Shown piece by piece: positions 1 to 6,150 of a DNA stretch of 7,652 bases (its first letter is position 1; each line of letters begins with the position of its first letter). Made by a program: the position numbers and the translations under genes. The notes beneath the pieces were generated by a model. It saw only the letters and a list, made by a program, of their open reading frames with translations. It did no database searches and was not told where the DNA came from. This DNA is from Nanopusillaceae archaeon (GTDB lineage Archaea; Nanobdellota; Nanobdellia; Nanobdellales; Nanobdellaceae), in contig JBMFJD010000009.1 in NCBI GenBank assembly GCA_049974095.1, forward strand, positions 27,397-35,048, read 5' to 3'.

Positions 1-5
1 TAGTC

Positions 6-71
6 ATGAAAAAGGCTAGATTTTTTGTTGTACTTTTATTATCTCTATTTTTAGTTAAATCTATCTTCTCT
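6..71 (+). other. Predicted Sec-type signal peptide of the 1251-aa protein (aa 1-22)
   Basis: MKKAR (positive n-region), FFVVLLLSLFLV (h-region), KSIFS (c-region), followed by QNYPY. The cleavage position was estimated by eye only. Confidence 0.6.
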
Positions 72-3000
72 CAAAATTATCCATATACTAATTATTCTGT
101 AATTACTATACAAAATAATGTTAATTCTAACCTTTATAATTATCCTATCTTAATTACATTAAACAATACCCAAACTTTAATGACTAATGGATATTTAAAT
201 CCTACATGTACTAACTTAATATTTCAACAGAACGGACAGGAATTACCTTATTTTGTTCAAACATGTGGTTATATATCTGTAAGCTCATCTATTGGTTTTG
301 GTAATACAAATATGCCCTTATCTAATAATCCAACAATTCCCGTTAGCTTATCTACTGTTAATGGTTCTTGGTGGGGAAATAATGTATGGACTGGATCTTC
401 TCAGGATTCCTATGCATCTATTAGTCTAAATCTCAATGGTTATGCATATCCTATATGGTTAGAGGTAAATACAAGTGGACCTGAATATGCAGTATGGGTA
501 AATGGTCAATATGTATATAATAGTAATCCATGGAACTTTAGTTATAATTCTCAACAACCAGCAAATACGACAGATCAGATATTTGATATAACAAATTATA
601 TAGTACAAAATAGTACAAATAATATATTAATATTTGCTACTAGTAATTCAACAAGTAATTATCTATCATATCAAATTATAATACCATCTGCAAATGTTAC
701 TATTTCTAGTAATGGTGTATATTACTTACCCGGTACAATTTGGGTAAATATACCTTCTATACCCGCAAATAATTATACAAATGTATATTTATTGTTAACA
801 TATCCAAATACATCTACTATTGTTAATAATATGTCAAATGTATTTACATATGGAACACACAAGATATCTAATACATATAATGATGTTGATATAATAAAAG
901 ATACAGTATTTTCTGATGTACCTGGTAGTGAATATGGATATGAACAATGGGTATTAACTCCTTTCCTATACCAAGTGAATGATTATTGTTCTAATAGTAA
1001 TTATTATCTTGTACCATATGAAATTACAAGTATTTCTATACCAGTAAATAAAGGTAAATATACTCTATCCGGTGTAAATATTGGTTATTACTTATCATCA
1101 TATTTACCAAGTACTAGTGTTGGTCCTGAACAATTCATTGCTGTTCAACAAAATTATACCACTAAAGTAAACTCCTGGTCTAGTATAAATATTAATTTAC
1201 CAACACCTATATTCTGGTTATATGGATATTATCTTAATTTAATATTTAATAGACCTCCTATAGGTGGTGCTGGTGAGATATTTGGTATTTCTGGTATGAA
1301 TGCAACAGGATTATATGGAGTTACATCTAATGGTTATTATCCATTATATAATATACCTGTAAAATCCTCCAATATTATTCCACTCTCTTACATTACTGGA
1401 TACTTTAGACCATATATATCACCTGAACCTATGGTTTCTATGAGTGTACTATTAAATATAACCAATGCTACAAACATATCTGCTCCTATATCAATAAATA
1501 TACAATTCCCACAACAAAACTCTACAGTTGCAATATTACCAAATAATCAAATATTACAACCAATTGTTATAATAAACTCTACACTTCCAATAAATAGTTG
1601 TAATATGACATTATATAATAGTGTAAGTGTAATATATAATGGTATATGTACTAATTCAATAAATGTTACTGGTATACAATCTGGATTCTATACATTATCT
1701 GTATCTGCATCAAATCAATATAATTCTACAAATGCTAGTGTATCATTCTATATGACAATTGCAAATGGAGAGTATAACTTTACTTATATAACATATCCAT
1801 CTACTGTTCCATCTATACCATTCTATATTAATATTTCTACAACATGTACCAATAATATCTGTGCTCCTGGACAAGTATCTTTAATAACTCCTGTAGCATG
1901 TTATACTCCAACACCAACTATTAATATACCTGAAATGTTGCCTGGACAAATATTTAATACATCTTTTATTGTTCAATGTGCATATACAACATATCCATAT
2001 GTATTTAATGTTAGTTTCTACTTAGCTGGAAGTTTATTCTCTACACAAAGTATAAGTCTAAATGGACCAACACTATCTTTATCATATAATGTAACTAATG
2101 GTAATCTATATGTATATGCATATCCATCAGGATGGGGACAAAATATAACATTACTTGGTACTGTACAACAAGGATGGGTTATGAATAGTACAACTACTCA
2201 GAGTCAATTCTATGTAAATATTTCTGATGATACTCAATCCTTAATATATAGTAGTCCTGCAATACCGGGACAAACATATGCAGTATATGCACAAGTATAT
2301 TCTCCTCAATTCTTTGATACATATCCAATACAAAGTATATTTGCAACAATACAAGCAACTCAACCGCCTACTATATATTCAGTTACTGCTCCATCTACTA
2401 ATTATAATGGATTATTAACTAATATTTGTTATAATGTTTCAGATCAAATTGTAGTAACAAATGTATATGGATATTATGTAAATAGTTTAGGACAAACAAT
2501 ATATCTATTTAATAATACATACTTTAATCAAACTGTATATGCATGTACTCCAGTTAATTTAACCTTAGGTAATTATTCTATATATGTAAAAGCATGTGAT
2601 TATTCTGGTTTATGTTCTATATTCCCACCGGTACCTGTAAGTATTGTTCCATATCCTCCATATACTATTATAATATATCCATCTAATGTATCTATATTCC
2701 ATTCATCTCCACAAGTAATAAGTATATATTATTCTCATCCATTAGAGCGATATACATCATGTATTATAACATCAAGTAGTGGAATAATCAATATGAAAGC
2801 TACATTATATAATAATACAAATAATACTATTGCATTTTCATTCTCTCCAGGAGAATATAACCTATTTATTACATGTAGTTCAAATTATACTGCAGAAACA
2901 ATTCCATTTACAATAATCTATAATTATTTACCACCAATGATTAATTCTGTAAATATATCAAATGGATACTTAATACTTAATGTATCATCAGATGTTGGAT

Positions 3001-3761
3001 TAGCTAGCATAACATATAATATTACTGTTGGTAATACTACTAATACATATGATCAAACATTATCTGGAACATCTGCAATAATACAAATACCTTTACCAAC
3101 TGGATCATTTACTATTAGTGGATATATATATGATATATCTGGTTTGTCTATGCCATTTATATATGGAGTATCTGGCGTGTCTGTAATATCTACAAATAGT
3201 AGTATTACAAATTCAGCTAGTGGTACTTCTTCATATGTACCACTATTGTTACCAAGTATTAATGTATCTGAAACACCCAAAGGATTAATGGTAACTGCAA
3301 TGGCAGTATCTAAATATTATCCAGTAAACTGTACAATAGAACCACTTAATACAACCGTCAGATTAGATAACTCATTACCATATGCATCAATAATACCAAA
3401 TGCTCCTACTGGTACATATCCTATATATGCTGTATGTACAGATCCAGCAGGTGATATTGCAACATCTAATACTGTACCTGTAAATATATCGCCTGATTAC
3501 TTACAATTTATTGGAACAGCATATGCAATTGCAAATCAAAATACATTATATTCATTACCAATTCTAGGTATAATATTTGCAATACTCGGATATTTATTTA
3601 GATCAAAGACCTTGTTCTTCTCTGGAACAGAATTAGCATTGACAACACCAATAATATATGCAATACTGTCAACAATGAGTCCATTATTTATTGGTCTATC
3701 TATTGTACCGGCAATTATTGGGGCTTATATATTATATAAATATATATTGCCATTATGGTAG
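6..3761 (+). CDS. Giant secreted, C-terminally membrane-anchored, heavily N-glycosylatable multidomain surface/envelope protein; no named homologue recognised
   Basis: The ORF is 1251 codons, far too long to be chance in AT-rich DNA. The N-terminus MKKARFFVVLLLSLFLVKSIFS/QN looks like a Sec signal peptide: basic n-region, hydrophobic core, small residues before a likely cut. I hand-counted about four dozen N-x-S/T sequons. Charged residues are very scarce: aa 481-910 hold about 1 Lys, 0 Arg and 7 Asp/Glu by my count. Cys residues fall in pairs within modules, for example CDYSGLC. The C-terminus has 2-3 hydrophobic helices. Only 5 nt lie upstream, so the promoter is outside the window. Confidence 0.85.
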   Translation: MKKARFFVVLLLSLFLVKSIFSQNYPYTNYSVITIQNNVNSNLYNYPILITLNNTQTLMTNGYLNPTCTNLIFQQNGQELPYFVQTCGYISVSSSIGFGNTNMPLSNNPTIPVSLSTVNGSWWGNNVWTGSSQDSYASISLNLNGYAYPIWLEVNTSGPEYAVWVNGQYVYNSNPWNFSYNSQQPANTTDQIFDITNYIVQNSTNNILIFATSNSTSNYLSYQIIIPSANVTISSNGVYYLPGTIWVNIPSIPANNYTNVYLLLTYPNTSTIVNNMSNVFTYGTHKISNTYNDVDIIKDTVFSDVPGSEYGYEQWVLTPFLYQVNDYCSNSNYYLVPYEITSISIPVNKGKYTLSGVNIGYYLSSYLPSTSVGPEQFIAVQQNYTTKVNSWSSININLPTPIFWLYGYYLNLIFNRPPIGGAGEIFGISGMNATGLYGVTSNGYYPLYNIPVKSSNIIPLSYITGYFRPYISPEPMVSMSVLLNITNATNISAPISINIQFPQQNSTVAILPNNQILQPIVIINSTLPINSCNMTLYNSVSVIYNGICTNSINVTGIQSGFYTLSVSASNQYNSTNASVSFYMTIANGEYNFTYITYPSTVPSIPFYINISTTCTNNICAPGQVSLITPVACYTPTPTINIPEMLPGQIFNTSFIVQCAYTTYPYVFNVSFYLAGSLFSTQSISLNGPTLSLSYNVTNGNLYVYAYPSGWGQNITLLGTVQQGWVMNSTTTQSQFYVNISDDTQSLIYSSPAIPGQTYAVYAQVYSPQFFDTYPIQSIFATIQATQPPTIYSVTAPSTNYNGLLTNICYNVSDQIVVTNVYGYYVNSLGQTIYLFNNTYFNQTVYACTPVNLTLGNYSIYVKACDYSGLCSIFPPVPVSIVPYPPYTIIIYPSNVSIFHSSPQVISIYYSHPLERYTSCIITSSSGIINMKATLYNNTNNTIAFSFSPGEYNLFITCSSNYTAETIPFTIIYNYLPPMINSVNISNGYLILNVSSDVGLASITYNITVGNTTNTYDQTLSGTSAIIQIPLPTGSFTISGYIYDISGLSMPFIYGVSGVSVISTNSSITNSASGTSSYVPLLLPSINVSETPKGLMVTAMAVSKYYPVNCTIEPLNTTVRLDNSLPYASIIPNAPTGTYPIYAVCTDPAGDIATSNTVPVNISPDYLQFIGTAYAIANQNTLYSLPILGIIFAILGYLFRSKTLFFSGTELALTTPIIYAILSTMSPLFIGLSIVPAIIGAYILYKYILPLW
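75..809 (+). other. N-terminal DUF2341-like segment interrupted by a jelly-roll (galactose-binding-domain-like) module
   Basis: aa 24-88 (YTNYSVITIQNN..LYNYPILITLNN...NLIFQQNGQELPYFVQ) and aa 243-268 (GTIWVNIPSIPANNYTNVYLLLTYPN) resemble the two halves of the DUF2341 pattern (itI.N...l.nfpvli.l ... dirF.d.dG..LpY.ie ... vWVkvPsipa....iylyYgn). Between them, aa ~140-213 (YPIWLEVNTSGPEYAVWVNGQYVYNS...QIFDITNYIVQNSTNNILIFATS) resembles the GH2-N/CBM-type jelly-roll pattern (a.VwvNG..v ... fDiT..l..g.N.l.v). These are pattern matches by eye, not profile searches. Confidence 0.35.
1473..3500 (+). other. Array of about seven tandem Ig/PKD-like beta-sandwich modules (aa ~490-1165)
   Basis: A strand motif G-x-[YF]-x-hydrophobic-x-hydrophobic, often followed by D-x-x-G, recurs at about 95-100-aa spacing. 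Examples are GFYTLSVSASN (aa 560), GQIFNTSFIVQCAY (647), GQTYAVYAQVYS (755), GNYSIYVKACDYSGL (855), GEYNLFITCSSN (949), GSFTISGYIYDISGL (1033) and GTYPIYAVCTDPAGD (1136). Confidence 0.5.
3546..3755 (+). other. C-terminal membrane-anchor bundle of the 1251-aa protein (2-3 TM helices, aa ~1181-1250)
   Basis: The hydrophobic segments are LPILGIIFAILGYLF, then a basic loop RSK, then LALTTPIIYAILSTMSPLFI and GLSIVPAIIGAYILYKYIL. Confidence 0.6.
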
Positions 3762-4003
3762 ATAAGAAATTAAAGGAAGAGGCTGCAAAATTTGTTGAAA
3801 AAAGAATTAGATTAGGTTTTGAAACAGAGAAATTACAAAAAAATTATATGAGGAATGTTGCTAAATTCTTAGGATTACCAGTTTCTAAAGTAGAAAAATC
3901 TATGGCAGTACAACACTATTATGAGGTTATAAGAAAAAGTAAGCCTGAAATGGCTAAAAAGATGGTTGCTAAATTATTAGAAAGATGGAAAGAAACAGAG
4001 TAA
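3755..4003 (+). CDS. Small K/E-rich helical cytoplasmic protein, possible helix-turn-helix DNA-binding protein
   Basis: The ORF is 82 aa. Its ATG lies inside the sequence ATGGTAG that also carries the upstream stop (a 7-nt overlap), and its 3' end overlaps the next start by 19 nt. The composition (K, E, A, R rich) is typical of a cytoplasmic protein and contrasts sharply with its neighbours. The segment MRNVAKFLGLPVSKVEKSMAVQHYY fits a helix-turn-helix pattern (hydrophobic-A-x-x-L-G-hydrophobic-x-x-x-x-V). Confidence 0.65.
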   Translation: MVDKKLKEEAAKFVEKRIRLGFETEKLQKNYMRNVAKFLGLPVSKVEKSMAVQHYYEVIRKSKPEMAKKMVAKLLERWKETE

Positions 4004-4716
4004 TAGGTTTATCTATAGATTTATTTAAGTATATTGTTGTAGTTACAATATTAGCATATGCATGGTATCTTGTAGCTGCAATAGTACAACATGGATATCC
4101 TGTACAGGTAATTGTACAATTACAAGAAACACAACAAATCTATCTATATTATATTATACTTGCTACAATTGCAATGCTATATTATGTAGCATCCGCATTA
4201 TTAGATAAATCATATGCTCCAACATATTCAAAATTATTTAGTAAGACTCAATTATTCTGGGCAATAGTATTTATTCTTGTATATTCTATAGCATATTTAT
4301 TTGGGTTATTCAGTAATGGATTTCCACAATTAGCTACTATTGCAACAGCATTACCATTTGCAATCGTACTAGGTGTACAGGGTTTAGTAGAGAATATGTT
4401 TTTCATAGGTACATTAGGATTTGGTATGAAATATGAGCTAACAGAGAGAGATATATCAGGATCTATATTATTAGCAGCAATATTTGTTGCATTTGTTGCA
4501 ATGATGTGGCATTTATATATCTATATCTCAGTAACGATGGTTGGAGGAACATTATATAATGTAATACAAGTAGCAGCATCTGTATTTACTTTCTTCTTCT
4601 TTGGAGCATTGCTATCATTTTCGAATGATAATACATGGACCTGGGATATAGTACACTTTACAGTTAATTTCTTGGTAGCTCTGGCAGGGGCACATGGTTA
4701 TGTTATTATATTCTAA
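3985..4716 (+). CDS. Polytopic (about 7 TM) membrane protein, candidate divergent CPBP-family (CAAX protease / Abi) intramembrane glutamic protease
   Basis: The protein is 243 aa with about seven hydrophobic helices and no Cys. Polar residues inside the last four helices follow the CPBP motif order. V-E136-N-M-F-F-I-G (nt 4390 gag) corresponds to motif 1, EExxxR. M-M-W-H176 (nt 4510 cat) sits at the end of the next helix and corresponds to motif 2, FxxxH. H224-F-T-V-N228 (nt 4654-4668) in the last helix corresponds to motif 3, HxxxN/D. Motif 1 lacks the second Glu and the Arg, and motif 2 lacks the Phe at -4. The CDS call is strong. The family call is a by-eye motif match. Confidence 0.8.
   Translation: MERNRVIGLSIDLFKYIVVVTILAYAWYLVAAIVQHGYPVQVIVQLQETQQIYLYYIILATIAMLYYVASALLDKSYAPTYSKLFSKTQLFWAIVFILVYSIAYLFGLFSNGFPQLATIATALPFAIVLGVQGLVENMFFIGTLGFGMKYELTERDISGSILLAAIFVAFVAMMWHLYIYISVTMVGGTLYNVIQVAASVFTFFFFGALLSFSNDNTWTWDIVHFTVNFLVALAGAHGYVIIF
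4703..4712 (+). promoter_or_regulatory. Possible internal TATA-like box for a leaderless transcript of the 472-aa gene
   Basis: The sequence ttattatatt is centred about 25 nt upstream of the ATG at 4732. The intergenic gap is only 15 nt and has no Shine-Dalgarno-like GGTG/GAGG. TATA-like strings are common in DNA this AT-rich, so support is weak. Confidence 0.25.
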
Positions 4717-4731
4717 ATACAATAATATATA

Positions 4732-6150
4732 ATGAGAGTTAAAATTGAGTATATTCTTGTATCATTGTTGTTATTAGGATTCATTCTTCCTATTATTGTA
4801 GTTAATATATCATCCCTTCATTCATTTAATATACAATGTTCCTTTTTAGCAAATAGTGTAAATGTTGGTAGCGAAATACAATACCAATGTTATGGTACTT
4901 ATCCTTTATCTTCAGGAGATAATATATTTACTATATCTTTACCAGGTATTGGAAATATACAAACATCTTATCTCTCTTTTGTAAATGTTACAGAGCCTAT
5001 ATATAATATTAATATATCTGGATATGTGTCTCCAAATAGTCAAATAACTCAACAAGTCTCTATACCATCTACAGCTACAAATATACTAATATATGGTTCT
5101 TTACAAGGTATACAATCTAATGGTCAATACCCATCTGGTGCATCGATAACTGGTGGTAATTATCCTTTATACTGTAGTCCAACATGTATCTATAATTCTA
5201 GACTAATAATTAATAGTACTGGTAACTATGTCCTAACTATATCTTCTGGTACTGGTGGTGGAGGAGTTAATTATGATATATATGGATCTTATAATTTACC
5301 ATATCCAACTGCAAACATACTTTTAAATGGTATGTTAATACAGTCATTAACATTATCTTCATCTCAAATCATTTCTCTACCTGTTAATTCTTTATCTACC
5401 GTAGATGTACAAGTTAATGGTCAACCAAATGCAAATGTTTTGTTTAATATTATACAAAATTGTTTCTTAGGTGGTGGAAATTGGAGTTGTAGTGAATATA
5501 CAAATCCCCAAAATAGTTCAGAATCTATATTGGATTGTACTACACAAGTAACATCTAATTGTAATTTAAACAATATTAATATTCAGGTACCTATTAGTAT
5601 ACCACAAGTTAAATATTTTTCACAGGCAGTTCAAACCAACGTTTATGTAAATGGAGTGCAGGTTAGTGCTGATACTTCAGGATTAACATCTGTAGCTCCT
5701 TACTTTGTAATATATTCTTTAAATCAAGGAACAAACAATATCGAGATTAAGTCAATATTACCGTTCATATTATCTGGTGCACAGACAGCTATTGGTTCAT
5801 GTCAATTATCTGCAACAAGTATAGATATACAAACACTTTCTGGTCAACCTGTTAATTATACATTATATATTAAAAATGTAGGAAACAGTCCTATACAAAT
5901 ACAAATAGCTGTGCCTGTATCTTTAAGTAGATCAATTTCTGTTAGTCCACAAAGTACTTTAATAGATCCGGGACAAACCATTGGCATTAATATATATATA
6001 AAAGGGCCAATATCTGGTGAGATATATATAAATGGATGTTCATATGAGAGTATTACAATGCCTATATCTGTATCGTATACCAATCCATATATTATATTGA
6101 TTGTACTTGCGGCTGGACTAATTGTTTTATTCCTTGCATTTCACAGATGA
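4732..6150 (+). CDS. Secreted glycoprotein with a C-terminal CARDB/NEW3-like beta-sandwich and a single C-terminal TM anchor
   Basis: The protein is 472 aa. It has an N-terminal hydrophobic segment (MRVKIEYILVSLLLLGFILPIIVV), many N-x-S/T sequons, and ten Cys arranged as local pairs (IQC..YQC, YCSPTC, NCF..WSC, DCT..NCN). aa 356-449 read SCQLSATSIDIQTLSGQPVNYTLYIKNVGNSPIQIQIAVPVS...LIDPGQTIGINIYIKGP...ITMPISVSY, which fits the CARDB/NEW3 pattern (G..v.ltv.V.N.G........v..p......l.pGes..v.v.v). The anchor PYIILIVLAAGLIVLFLAF is followed by the tail HR. Confidence 0.85.
   Translation: MRVKIEYILVSLLLLGFILPIIVVNISSLHSFNIQCSFLANSVNVGSEIQYQCYGTYPLSSGDNIFTISLPGIGNIQTSYLSFVNVTEPIYNINISGYVSPNSQITQQVSIPSTATNILIYGSLQGIQSNGQYPSGASITGGNYPLYCSPTCIYNSRLIINSTGNYVLTISSGTGGGGVNYDIYGSYNLPYPTANILLNGMLIQSLTLSSSQIISLPVNSLSTVDVQVNGQPNANVLFNIIQNCFLGGGNWSCSEYTNPQNSSESILDCTTQVTSNCNLNNINIQVPISIPQVKYFSQAVQTNVYVNGVQVSADTSGLTSVAPYFVIYSLNQGTNNIEIKSILPFILSGAQTAIGSCQLSATSIDIQTLSGQPVNYTLYIKNVGNSPIQIQIAVPVSLSRSISVSPQSTLIDPGQTIGINIYIKGPISGEIYINGCSYESITMPISVSYTNPYIILIVLAAGLIVLFLAFHR
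5797..6078 (+). other. CARDB/NEW3-like Ig-fold domain of the 472-aa protein (aa ~356-449)
   Basis: See the motif alignment described for the parent CDS. This is a by-eye pattern match. Confidence 0.45.

Noticed and set aside
3053-3280. Listed 75-aa minus-strand ORF inside the 1251-aa gene
   Set aside because: It is fully embedded antisense in a very long, well-supported + ORF. It is short, has no start context, and all other genes are on the + strand.
3985-4716. Archaeosortase/exosortase identity for the polytopic membrane protein
   Set aside because: Archaeosortases need a conserved catalytic Cys (with Arg and His). This protein contains no Cys at all, and the neighbours lack PGF-CTERM or PEP-CTERM-type tripartite tails.
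5856-6083. Listed 75-aa minus-strand ORF inside the 472-aa gene
   Set aside because: It is an antisense shadow for the same reasons. It overlaps the CARDB-like domain coding region of the + gene.
3740-6146. Shine-Dalgarno motifs in front of internal genes
   Set aside because: I inspected the 15 nt upstream of the starts at 3755, 3985, 4732 and 6147 and found no GGTG/GAGG-like purine core. Coupling by overlap or leaderless initiation is the better explanation.
6-6150. Possible SlaA/SlaB-type S-layer gene pair (a large protein of about 1250 aa plus an anchored protein of about 470 aa)
   Set aside because: The sizes are suggestive. However, the large protein has its own C-terminal TM bundle, which SlaA-type proteins lack. 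The 472-aa protein has no heptad or coiled-coil stalk before its anchor. Two unrelated genes also separate them, whereas slaA and slaB are adjacent. I see no sequence resemblance I could defend.
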